In this document: positions 29,286-37,571 of the stretch, one piece after another
Layout: each line of letters begins with the position of its first letter
How positions within the stretch are numbered: the stretch's first letter is position 1
Virus record (IMG/VR): IMGVR_UViG_2700988937_000001
Coordinates: 6,507-70,506 of that record
Length of the DNA stretch: 64,000 bases
Strand: one strand, 5' to 3'
Source of the DNA: a virus
Lineage: Duplodnaviria; Caudoviricetes
Program-made: the position numbers and the translations under genes
Notes under the pieces: model-generated
Databases searched by the model: none
Seen by the model: the letters and a program-made list of their open reading frames with translations, nothing else
Told to the model about the DNA's origin: nothing

Positions 29286-30311
29286 ATGAAGGGTCCTGAC
29301 GGCAGCTACATCGGCATCGGACTCGGAGATGTTTCTTCCGAAGTTCTAAAAATCAAGCAGTTCATTAATCGTAAGTTTTCTCGATTCAAGCTGCTTGAAA
29401 CTGAGATTTATGATGCTGCGATGGAGGCTGCCGTCAGGGAACTTCAAACGATTTACAAGAACAACGGAACTCTTACTGATCCGTTTATCCCTGGCGTGGT
29501 AAACCTTGCAACGAAGTACGCAATCGGATATCTGAAGAAAGACGTCATTCTTCCGATTCACTTCAGCGTTGAAGGCCACATGTCAGATATGTGGATTGGC
29601 CCTGCTGCCTATGTGGGTGAAGTGCTGCGCGCTGAGAACAGGGCACTTCATTTCCCGACAGGGTATGACAATCGCGCTCTGCCGTTCAATAACAAAAGTG
29701 GCGTTGAACAACTCGTGCAACGTGTTGGGGCCGCAGAGTTCTTCATTGATGGGAAAGTTATTAAATTCCCGCCAGGCACACCGTGGACCGCATCTGCTTT
29801 TTCACAGGGCGCGATGATCTGGTGTGATTTCTATCGTCAATATTTAATGCCAGGGAAACCTTTGCACTGGCGTCTCAAAGATTTGCGAGCTGTGATTTGT
29901 TGTGGAAATCCAGATCGCGAAAAGGGAGTTTGTGTTGATTGGATTCCGGACAAGCCTGGTCCCGACCGTCAAGGGATTATGGACGACGAGAATCGTATGG
30001 TTAACACCCCTTGGTACTGGCTTGAATTGGCACGAAAAGGGGACATGTATACCGACAACGAATCTTCCGGCGAACGCGGTTTGAACAAAACTGCGATTGC
30101 GAAAATCATCACGCAGAACAAGTGGAGCGGTGGTCCTGCTGGACTTCTCGCACGGGTGACTGATCTTTTGGTGAATCCGATTGATGATGTTATTCCGATT
30201 ACGCTTGCTTTGTACGATGCAATCAGGTTCGGTGCCGGTGGCATCCGAGCGCATGGCGGGTATGACATGGAGCCTGCTGTTCAATTTTGTAGGGAAAGGC
30301 TGGCTGCATAA
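29286..30311 (+). CDS. lysB: Lysin B (peptidoglycan-binding domain plus cutinase-like esterase)
   Basis: N-terminal PG-binding-like region; FSQGA nucleophile elbow; GNP; C-terminal His. Confidence 0.88.
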   Translation: MKGPDGSYIGIGLGDVSSEVLKIKQFINRKFSRFKLLETEIYDAAMEAAVRELQTIYKNNGTLTDPFIPGVVNLATKYAIGYLKKDVILPIHFSVEGHMSDMWIGPAAYVGEVLRAENRALHFPTGYDNRALPFNNKSGVEQLVQRVGAAEFFIDGKVIKFPPGTPWTASAFSQGAMIWCDFYRQYLMPGKPLHWRLKDLRAVICCGNPDREKGVCVDWIPDKPGPDRQGIMDDENRMVNTPWYWLELARKGDMYTDNESSGERGLNKTAIAKIITQNKWSGGPAGLLARVTDLLVNPIDDVIPITLALYDAIRFGAGGIRAHGGYDMEPAVQFCRERLAA

Positions 30312-30652
30312 TGGTGCTTGGTTACCCAGGTTACGAACCGGAAGAGCCAAAGAAAACCGATCCCGAACACAGCATCTTGGAGGAACCAACAGTGGAAATC
30401 GTTCAGAAGATCGAGTCCAAAATCGGTGTTCCGTGGAAATCGATCCTTGCTTTCTTCGGAGTTTTTCTCGGCCAAATTTGGGCGCGAGCAACCGTAAATG
30501 ACATCCCCGTTATCCCCGATACGCTCAGCGGTTGGAGCGCGCTTATCGGTGGAAGCTTCATTGGGGCGATTGGCGTTTACCTGAAGGGCAACGTTTACAC
30601 CACTCAACAAGTCGAGCAGAAAGCAGAGCTAGCAGCGAAAAAGGGTGTCTAG
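30311..30652 (+). CDS. Holin-like membrane protein (2 TM)
   Basis: Two hydrophobic segments; follows the lysins. Confidence 0.65.
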   Translation: MVLGYPGYEPEEPKKTDPEHSILEEPTVEIVQKIESKIGVPWKSILAFFGVFLGQIWARATVNDIPVIPDTLSGWSALIGGSFIGAIGVYLKGNVYTTQQVEQKAELAAKKGV

Positions 30653-31147
30653 ATGATTGAATATCTAGATGCCTGGTGGGAGAAGAATTCCTCGCAGAGA
30701 CGATACGACAGAGGCCCAATGTATTTTTGGGTTATGTTCGCGTCACTACTAACTGCAATTTCGATGGTCTTAACAGGCCCTATTCCTAATGGTTCGATTT
30801 CTGAACTGAATGAGTCGGAACAAATTATCTTAGGGTGGACTCTTTTGGTTGGTGCGACGATATCTACGTTCGCTTCACTAACTGGCTCGCGCTTTTTGTT
30901 TCCGCATTGGACCCGCGTTAAAAGCTACAGCGTGGGACTAATTGGTGTCCCGCTCGTAAGCTCTTCATTCTCTTTTTATGCATATGCACTATACATCAAC
31001 ACAGCCAACATCACTTCTGGTCTCTCAGGTACCCTTGTCCCTTGTCTTGCTCTGGGGTCGGCGATAAATGGGGTTTATTTCTTTCTCGAAATTCGCCGCA
31101 TTCAGAGGAATGTGAAATTTCTGAAAGAGACAGACCCATATGTTTGA
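30653..31147 (+). CDS. Membrane protein (about 4 TM), lysis cassette
   Basis: Four hydrophobic segments. Confidence 0.7.
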   Translation: MIEYLDAWWEKNSSQRRYDRGPMYFWVMFASLLTAISMVLTGPIPNGSISELNESEQIILGWTLLVGATISTFASLTGSRFLFPHWTRVKSYSVGLIGVPLVSSSFSFYAYALYINTANITSGLSGTLVPCLALGSAINGVYFFLEIRRIQRNVKFLKETDPYV

Positions 31148-31526
31148 CAAGATTCAACTGATTGCCACACTCCTATTCGGCGGTGGCGGGTTGCTTGCTG
31201 GTCTCATTGCAATTTTTATGGTGCGTGCGAACAAAGGAAAAGTTGTCGCCGACACCAAAGAAACTGAGATGAGAGCTATTCAACTTTCGGATTCGATAGA
31301 TGCCGAAAGAGAAAAGCGATGGCAAGCAAAAGTTGATAACGTTAAACAACAGTGGGAAGAAGACGTTGACGAACTTCGTGAAGAAATCGGTTGGCTAAAA
31401 CTTTTGATTGAAAACCATGTCCCTTGGGACTGGGAGATGCAGCGTAAAATGACGATGGCAGGGATTGAACATCCCAAGCCACCTACGCTAAACTACATCA
31501 AAGGCCGAACTCCGAAAGAGGCATAA
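31140..31526 (+). CDS. Membrane-anchored coiled-coil protein, lysis cassette
   Basis: N-terminal TM, then a coiled coil, ending ENH.PWD...PP.L. Confidence 0.7.
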   Translation: MFDKIQLIATLLFGGGGLLAGLIAIFMVRANKGKVVADTKETEMRAIQLSDSIDAEREKRWQAKVDNVKQQWEEDVDELREEIGWLKLLIENHVPWDWEMQRKMTMAGIEHPKPPTLNYIKGRTPKEA

Positions 31527-31843
31527 TGCACCCTCGTACCCGTGTCCCCCAGTCAACGGAACTACGCTCCCCCTCCGGCGAATTGATTGGCGATGAACGA
31601 CAAAAAATCTATATCGCTGCGCTGGAAAAGCAAATTGTAAGATTGTCAATTAGAGACGTGCAGTTCCGTAGCGCTCTTGAGGCCGCGACCGGACGCCCGT
31701 ATGACTCATTCGATCCTCGTGGTATGAGCTACGAGGATATTTGTGAAGTCATCGCAAGCGACCTCGCCCGTGGTCTGAATTTGTCAATACAAGAAGCACG
31801 ATCGCTCGTGCAGGAAAACTCCCAAACGGCAAATCCATCGTAG
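31526..31843 (+). CDS. Hypothetical protein
   Basis: TAATG overlap; last gene of the late operon. Confidence 0.65.
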   Translation: MHPRTRVPQSTELRSPSGELIGDERQKIYIAALEKQIVRLSIRDVQFRSALEAATGRPYDSFDPRGMSYEDICEVIASDLARGLNLSIQEARSLVQENSQTANPS

Positions 31844-32077
31844 ATGGAAAACCCAATTTAGGGCTGCGCGCACATATAGTTTGTAGAGCTAGCTCACAAA
31901 CCGATTCCTTCGTGATCCCGTTCGTCGCAGGAGGAATCACGCAGTAATGCGCTTAAGCATTATGCGCGAGCATACGCAGGGCTGCTTTAAAACCATCTGA
32001 CATTAGTCTTGACAAAAGTCTTGATCTTTTATGTCCGGCTCTTATCGTCCTCTTAAGTTACTGGTCGGTAACCCCGT

Positions 32078-32154
32078 CTGACCTGGGGTTTTGTGCCGTT
32101 TTGGCTGGTGGGAGGTGGTTTCCGGCGAAAAACCGGTCCTGACCTGGGGTTTTG
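32078..32154. repeat. Direct repeat CTGACCTGGGGTTTTG x2 (32078-32093, 32139-32154)
   Basis: Exact 16-bp copies; related copies at 60577 and, inverted, at 63924 and 63961. Confidence 0.85.
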
Positions 32155-32181
32155 CGGCGAATTTGTCGGACGGTGTAGTGT
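32152..32181 (+). promoter_or_regulatory. Putative SigA-like promoter (TTGCGG-N18-TAGTGT)
   Basis: Partial consensus match upstream of the first early gene. Confidence 0.4.
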
Positions 32182-32246
32182 TCTCGGCGTCGATCAGCAA
32201 CCGGCTGGTCGTGGTCAGATCAAGACAGTCACGAGAGGCGAGAACT

Positions 32247-32963
32247 ATGTCGCAAAACCTGCTTAATTCGCTGAGCGAAGCTCAGATTCAGCGACTGCTT
32301 GCAGTCGCCGGAATCGAAACCGCCGAAGGCGGTTCGGCGAAGCCGGAATCCGAACCGGCGAAGCCGGTTTCGGATCGGACCCGGTTCATGGTGATTCGCG
32401 CGATTAACGCGAGCAGCGTCCCTGACGACGAAGTCGTCACCGTTTCGGCGGAAAGCGACGAAGTCGCTTACTGGGGCGACGGCACCCCGGTCACCTTCGG
32501 TGACTTGCGATTCGCCGTCGAAGACGGCGCAACGCGAAAGGACGGCACGAAGTGCCGCGACTACCCGAACACGGCGCTGCTTACGCAGGACGCTGCTTAC
32601 GCAGCGTTGCAGATCGCCAATCGCTATCCGCCGAAGGCGGCGGAAAAGCGTCAGGGTCGGCCGAAGGCCGCTGCGAAAAACGCGAGTGATTCGGCGAAGC
32701 CGAATGACGACCGGCTCGCTCGGCTCGAAGCGCTCGTGCAGCAACTGGCCGAAGGCCAGTTCCGCGAGTCGCAGCAACCGGCGAAGCCGGTTCCGGCCAA
32801 GGGTCACGTGAAGGCCCCGCAGCGCCGCAACGAAGTTGCGGAAATCGCCAGCGAGCTGGCGATCGACATCGCCGAAGGCGATGTTGTGCGAATCGATGGC
32901 CAGCTGTGGCAGGTCACCGTGCGGGCCAATGGCACGCCCGGTTTCCGCAAGACCATCGTTTAG
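32247..32963 (+). CDS. Hypothetical protein (238 aa) whose coding sequence carries a hairpin array
   Basis: GAGAGG RBS before ATG 32247; visibly GC-richer than its flanks. Confidence 0.75.
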   Translation: MSQNLLNSLSEAQIQRLLAVAGIETAEGGSAKPESEPAKPVSDRTRFMVIRAINASSVPDDEVVTVSAESDEVAYWGDGTPVTFGDLRFAVEDGATRKDGTKCRDYPNTALLTQDAAYAALQIANRYPPKAAEKRQGRPKAAAKNASDSAKPNDDRLARLEALVQQLAEGQFRESQQPAKPVPAKGHVKAPQRRNEVAEIASELAIDIAEGDVVRIDGQLWQVTVRANGTPGFRKTIV

Positions 32964-32992
32964 CCCGAAGGGCTAAATTCCGCCGAAGGCGG
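32271..32992 (+). repeat. Array of C-GAA-G triloop inverted repeats (17 on + strand, 1 on - strand)
   Basis: Each stem was checked by eye; see findings. Confidence 0.92.
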
Positions 32993-33017
32993 GCACCGAA
33001 TCCCGGTGCCCGCTTTT
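32989..33017 (+). terminator. Intrinsic terminator-like hairpin
   Basis: GCGGGCACCG-AATCC-CGGTGCCCGC followed by TTTT. Confidence 0.65.
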
Positions 33018-33049
33018 GGCGTTTTTTCGCGCGCGTTTTCACGCGCGTT

Positions 33050-33127
33050 GCGCATACGTGCGCGTTTTTATTTGGGCCACCCTTTAGGGTTGACAATTCC
33101 CAATTGTCGGCGCGCATACGTGCGCGT
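33050..33127. repeat. Direct repeat GCGCATACGTGCGCGT x2 (33050-33065, 33112-33127)
   Basis: Exact copies flanking TTGACA and the palindrome GACAATT-CCC-AATTGTC. Confidence 0.85.
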
Positions 33128-33195
33128 ATTTATGGCGCAACTCAGAATGAGTTGCGCCCTTTGTTGTCCGCACACACGAAAGGAAATTTTGGACA

Positions 33196-33576
33196 ATGAG
33201 CATTGGAGAGATCTACTTCGGATTGCAGGAAACGATGCCGCTGCCCAGCACAGAAGTTCCGACTTGCGATTTCTGCGGGCTGGATGGCGAAATGGTCTTC
33301 GTCTACAGCGGAGTCGATGCCGTCGGGCCGTTCGGTGGCGGGTTCTCAAATCTCTGCCAGTTCTGCGATGAAATCAATTCGCTGCTCTGGGACTTGTCGG
33401 AGATTAAAACGCGCAGAGGCGCTTTTCGGGTTGGTACGATCCCGATTGAAGGAGATGGCGAAACGGAGTACTTGAACTTCGCCACTTTCCGTGAGGCTGA
33501 CGAATTCGTTCGCACTCGTCAGCACAATTACATTCCCGCGTGGCACGTTGATCGCGCTGGAAATGAGATTCGATGA
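33196..33576 (+). CDS. Hypothetical protein with 2 CxxC motifs
   Basis: AAGGA RBS; CDFC and CQFC. Confidence 0.7.
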   Translation: MSIGEIYFGLQETMPLPSTEVPTCDFCGLDGEMVFVYSGVDAVGPFGGGFSNLCQFCDEINSLLWDLSEIKTRRGAFRVGTIPIEGDGETEYLNFATFREADEFVRTRQHNYIPAWHVDRAGNEIR

Positions 33577-33729
33577 TGAAGAGCTTGCTTTTCTTTCGAG
33601 CGGCTGTCGCTTGGATCATCGGATTCTTTTTGTTCTGCTGCCTGCTTGCAATGTTTGGCAGCATGGCATTCGTTATTTCTTCGGCCTACTGGATCAAGAA
33701 TGGCTGACGGCAATCAAGGGAGTCTTTTC

Positions 33730-33927
33730 ATGGCCTTGTTCGAAAAGGATGATCGCGTTAAAGCTCATCCCGCCACAGACGTTTTTATGGCTGGCGACGT
33801 ATATGGCACGGTCGTCAAAATTGGGCACAAGTACATTCACGTGCTCATGGATCGCTCTGGCAAAGTGCGACGTTTCGCGCCAGAGAATTTAATCGGTCTC
33901 GACAAGAAAGAAGGTTCTGATGCCTGA
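33730..33927 (+). CDS. Small SH3/KOW-like protein
   Basis: 'DRV.....GTVVKIG...IHVLMD.SGKVRRFAPENL' pattern; GGGAG RBS. Confidence 0.6.
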   Translation: MALFEKDDRVKAHPATDVFMAGDVYGTVVKIGHKYIHVLMDRSGKVRRFAPENLIGLDKKEGSDA

Positions 33928-34162
33928 GCCACAAGAAATCACCAAGCCTCGTGGCGGGCTTATCACGCAGACGAACAAAGCATTGATGGTCGCGTACATC
34001 AACAATCAGGGTCGCTACGATTTGGACGTACGCAAGTCGTTCGTCTATTACAACAGCGATGGCGATTTTGTATTCGCGCTGTCGAATAAGTTGGATGGGC
34101 CACGCGCCCAAGAGGTTTTTGACAAGCTGGATATTAAGTTTTGGTCGAAGGGAATCAAGTGA
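33920..34162 (+). CDS. Hypothetical protein
   Basis: Operon packing and RBS. Confidence 0.65.
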   Translation: MPEPQEITKPRGGLITQTNKALMVAYINNQGRYDLDVRKSFVYYNSDGDFVFALSNKLDGPRAQEVFDKLDIKFWSKGIK

Positions 34163-34521
34163 AAATCAAAATTTATCTGAATGACGGCGAAGATCATTTC
34201 TTCGGCTTCCACAACAAGTTTGCAAATCGTCCGGAATTGACGATGGTGCATTCCTTGGAGACCACCGATGATTTTGACGGTGTGCTCACTGAAGAAAAAA
34301 TCTTCGAGATTCTGGCGTGGGTCTTCTACGAGTTCAACATTGGCGAAAGCCAACACGCGAAGGCATACCGTGCTAAACTGTTGCGGTCGCTGAGCGTGGG
34401 TGATGTGGTCGTGGTCGGCGAAACCGCGTGGGCTTGTGAGTCTATCGGATGGAAGCGACTTACAACAGACGAATTGCAAGCGGCAATTATCTGGGACGAC
34501 GAAATGGAGTCTGTTCGATGA
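34159..34521 (+). CDS. YodL-like hypothetical protein
   Basis: RSLSVGDVVVV motif. Confidence 0.6.
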   Translation: MKIKIYLNDGEDHFFGFHNKFANRPELTMVHSLETTDDFDGVLTEEKIFEILAWVFYEFNIGESQHAKAYRAKLLRSLSVGDVVVVGETAWACESIGWKRLTTDELQAAIIWDDEMESVR

Positions 34522-34614
34522 TCGGAACTCTTAAGAGTTGGTTGTCAACGATGTTGTGGGGAGTCGCGTTCGGCTCCCCCTTAATCATGGTTATTACGAT
34601 TGTGGGGTTGTTCG

Positions 34615-34935
34615 ATGTTCCTTGAGACTGTCAATGAAGAGACTGGCGAAATCGTCAAAGAGGGCGATGCCGTCAGAGATTTCCGTGGCGAGGTCTACAC
34701 ATTTGTGCAGGCAACTCGTCCACGGATTCCCGGGAAAACTGGAAAGGTGGTGGTGAGAGCGTGCGACGCGGTACAATTCGCGTACGGAACGCAATGGAAT
34801 CGCAATGACGAGAATCCGACAAGAGAATACTATGACAAAGTTTTCGGCCTCTCAGTCAGAGAGGTCGATGATGGGGAGCCAATGCCGGAATCAATTCCGG
34901 CTCCAGGTGCCGAACCATTTACGCGCCTCACTTAG
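34615..34935 (+). CDS. Hypothetical protein
   Basis: ORF with plausible composition. Confidence 0.6.
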   Translation: MFLETVNEETGEIVKEGDAVRDFRGEVYTFVQATRPRIPGKTGKVVVRACDAVQFAYGTQWNRNDENPTREYYDKVFGLSVREVDDGEPMPESIPAPGAEPFTRLT

Positions 34936-34943
34936 GGAGAAAA

Positions 34944-35348
34944 ATGAGTGACCAGAAACGAACCTTTGAGTTCGTCTTCAACCGTGAGTCCAACCAGAAG
35001 TTTCAGGAGAAGTTCACGGTTGAAGTCTGGTTAGAAGGCCGCGATTATGAAGTGACGACAGAAGCGTATCATCCGCGATACGCCTATAAGATCACTGCTC
35101 ATGATCGCGGCTGGGAATATGTGGACAATGACATTCGCGGTGGTGCGAATGAAATACCAGATGTTGCCGCTGGCGCAAAATCATTGTTCGCGTTTCTGCT
35201 CGCGTGTCAAGAGGGCTTGCCCGAAGACGCAGATGGCGAGAGTGAAAATGCAGACCTATTCCCGCCACACGTTCGAGAGTTCGCGTATGATCTTCTCGAA
35301 GAGATCGTTCCTGCCTACGCCCAGCTACAGAAAGAAATTGGAGAATAA
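34944..35348 (+). CDS. Hypothetical protein
   Basis: AGGAG RBS. Confidence 0.7.
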   Translation: MSDQKRTFEFVFNRESNQKFQEKFTVEVWLEGRDYEVTTEAYHPRYAYKITAHDRGWEYVDNDIRGGANEIPDVAAGAKSLFAFLLACQEGLPEDADGESENADLFPPHVREFAYDLLEEIVPAYAQLQKEIGE

Positions 35349-35350
35349 CA

Positions 35351-35545
35351 ATGCCCGGTCCCATGAGTGCTCCCAACGGAAACGCGATGCTCACTTACAA
35401 GCCGCGTGATCCACATACCAATGTTCGTACGGGAAAGACCGATCTGAAGCGTGGAAAGATTCGTAGTGCCAAGTCGGTCACCGAGGAAAATCGAATGAAG
35501 AAGAAGTTGAGTCGTGCCCGTAGGGAACAGCTCGAAGCCGACTGA
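35351..35545 (+). CDS. Small basic hypothetical protein
   Basis: GGAG RBS. Confidence 0.6.
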   Translation: MPGPMSAPNGNAMLTYKPRDPHTNVRTGKTDLKRGKIRSAKSVTEENRMKKKLSRARREQLEAD

Positions 35546-35596
35546 TTTTTCCATAGGTCACCTATGCAGAAAACCACAACCAGAAAGAGAAAATCA

Positions 35597-36028
35597 ATGA
35601 GCGAAAACTTCTGCCCCACCTGCAATGCTTCTGGCGACGATCCTTGCATCACCGCCAGCGGCAAACCGGCGAAAAAGATGCACGCCACCCGAAAGATCGG
35701 TCTGGCTGCCGAAACGATTCGTGAGACGGCGAAAGAACGGTTCGACCGAATTCGTGATTTCGGTCGTGCTGAGCGCAAAGCGAAGCGTGAACGCAAAGAG
35801 AAGCTGATCGAAAAGTACGGCGGCGATGTTTTCATGGCCGAACGTATGGACCCTGAGAAGCCCAGGCCGGTTCACAATCGCGCTTCTCGTCGTGCGATGG
35901 GCTTCTACAAGACGGCTCACCGAGGCGCGATGAAGCGCAAGCGTCTGATCAGGGCAAACGCAGAGGCACGAGCGTTCGTTACACCAAAAGTGAGCGATGA
36001 CCAGGCTTTTGTCAGTGCCCCCGAGTAA
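35597..36028 (+). CDS. Hypothetical protein with an N-terminal Zn-finger-like motif
   Basis: CPTC...C...H motif; AGAAAG RBS. Confidence 0.7.
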   Translation: MSENFCPTCNASGDDPCITASGKPAKKMHATRKIGLAAETIRETAKERFDRIRDFGRAERKAKRERKEKLIEKYGGDVFMAERMDPEKPRPVHNRASRRAMGFYKTAHRGAMKRKRLIRANAEARAFVTPKVSDDQAFVSAPE

Positions 36029-36043
36029 GGTCTAGGACACCCT

Positions 36044-36089
36044 TGAAGGCGGCCACCCCTTAACATAGGGGTGGCCGTCTTCACTTTTT
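36044..36089 (+). terminator. Intrinsic terminator
   Basis: TGAAGGCGGCCACCCCT / AGGGGTGGCCGTCTTCA stem followed by CTTTTT. Confidence 0.8.
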
Positions 36090-36104
36090 GAACAGGAGAA
36101 AATC

Positions 36105-36428
36105 ATGAACTGCAATCCCGGTCACGAACTGCTGACACTAAAGAGCGTCTGGCTGAAAGATTCACAAGTTCGAGTTCGCGTTCGAAAGATTGGAGAGAGC
36201 AAAAAGATTGCTGTGGACATGCAGGTTCTCACACCTGAAAGCTCAGAGATTCCGAGTTCAAGCGAGCTGAAAAGAATCGCTTGCGATACCGCCGTACTCT
36301 GCGGAGCAGCGTCTCGCGATTACTCCAAGCTCTACGATTACCAGACGGATAGGAAAACTGAACGTCTGGACGGGTCAAAAGTTTTGACCCACATTCACGA
36401 ATTGTCCCTCGCATTTCACGGAGTGTAA
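36105..36428 (+). CDS. Hypothetical protein
   Basis: AGGAG RBS. Confidence 0.7.
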   Translation: MNCNPGHELLTLKSVWLKDSQVRVRVRKIGESKKIAVDMQVLTPESSEIPSSSELKRIACDTAVLCGAASRDYSKLYDYQTDRKTERLDGSKVLTHIHELSLAFHGV

Positions 36429-36430
36429 AA

Positions 36431-36700
36431 ATGGCAGGCTGGTACATCGTAGGTTACACGTTTCAAGCAGAAATTCTGTGTGGCACCTGCGCCGTTCAGA
36501 AGTTTCTGACAGTCGAAATTGACCCCGGCTCCACAGTGTCGCCCGATACGGTCGAGAGGTTTTTCGACATCCTCGCTCTGTGGCGGGGAATCGACCGTTA
36601 CGAGGAAGAGTCTTTTGACTCTTCAGAGTTTCCAAAAGTCGTCTTGTCATGCACCGAGCATGACGAGAAATGCCATAACTGCAATGAGGAGTTGCGATGA
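36431..36700 (+). CDS. Hypothetical protein (Cys motifs)
   Basis: GGAG RBS; CxxC pairs. Confidence 0.7.
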   Translation: MAGWYIVGYTFQAEILCGTCAVQKFLTVEIDPGSTVSPDTVERFFDILALWRGIDRYEEESFDSSEFPKVVLSCTEHDEKCHNCNEELR

Positions 36701-37080
36701 AGTATTTCGTTCTGGAAGTCGGAGATGATGTTTCGATGGCCGATATTTCTGCCATCATGTATCTCGGAAAGCAACATCCAGAAGCGCCGGAATCAATTTC
36801 CAACACTTCGACATCAGTCTTTTCCGAGATTCCAGGGGACTACGTTCGCGCTGACGGAAAAGTTCGGCTGACATACCATCAGCGCGAAGCTCTATGGTTG
36901 TTGTGTGGACGGTACAATGTACCGTTTCGTGAAAGCGATTATCCGCTTTACGAAGGCAACGCGTTCGGCTCGAAACATATGGCAGAGGGCTGGATCGGTG
37001 GCCCGAATTACAACGGCCATAACAACATGGGGCAAACTATTTACGTTGGTGTGACCAAGGATGGAAGGGTGCATTCATGA
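36697..37080 (+). CDS. Hypothetical protein
   Basis: ATGA overlap. Confidence 0.7.
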   Translation: MKYFVLEVGDDVSMADISAIMYLGKQHPEAPESISNTSTSVFSEIPGDYVRADGKVRLTYHQREALWLLCGRYNVPFRESDYPLYEGNAFGSKHMAEGWIGGPNYNGHNNMGQTIYVGVTKDGRVHS

Positions 37081-37445
37081 GCGACTTCGGTGGAAGATTG
37101 ATTGAAACGATTCGAGAGGTTGCAAAAGAGTCCCCGAATCGGGTAAACAAAGCTTGTCAGTACGTTGATTTTGACACCCACGAAGGGTGCATTGTCGGCG
37201 AAGCTTTGTTCCGCATGGGAATCATCAAGAAAGATCCCAATGATGACCGTTACCGGGAAGTTCCGGCTCACGATATCAACAACGGAAAGTTTTTAATTGT
37301 CGGTATCGAATTGATCGGCAAGGCGAACTGGGACGAAATGACCCAAGAAGAACTCAAATGGGTCGACGTCGTTCAGGAATACCAGGACAAGAAGATGCCC
37401 TGGGGTGATGCTGTCAAAAAGGCAGATCGCTACTGCTCGCTGTAA
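37077..37445 (+). CDS. Hypothetical protein
   Basis: C.Y....GCIVG...QD...WG.A motif, seen in actinophage small proteins. Confidence 0.7.
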   Translation: MSDFGGRLIETIREVAKESPNRVNKACQYVDFDTHEGCIVGEALFRMGIIKKDPNDDRYREVPAHDINNGKFLIVGIELIGKANWDEMTQEELKWVDVVQEYQDKKMPWGDAVKKADRYCSL

Positions 37446-37479
37446 GTTTCACTCACTGGAAAGTTTCAGTAAACTTTCC

Positions 37480-37509
37480 TTGCATGGGCTAGTCCACATA
37501 TGCTATGCT
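37480..37509 (+). promoter_or_regulatory. Putative promoter (TTGCAT-N18-TATGCT) containing the operator-like TGGGCTAGTCCAC
   Basis: Consensus match; shares a palindrome with 56194-56207. Confidence 0.6.
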
Positions 37510-37571
37510 CATGTTGCTGTCCGAGAGTTCGGGATGGTCTCGAACTCTTACACACAGAAAGAAGAAAGAAA

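Noticed and set aside
32229-32807. 192-aa minus-strand ORF (and + strand alternative 32500-32811) over the hairpin gene
   Set aside because: Best explained by GC-rich palindromic sequence lacking stop codons. It has no RBS, an Arg-rich non-protein-like composition, and runs opposite to all other genes.
32271-32992. Hairpin array as a CRISPR array
   Set aside because: There are no identical repeats with regular unique spacers; the stems differ and spacing is irregular.
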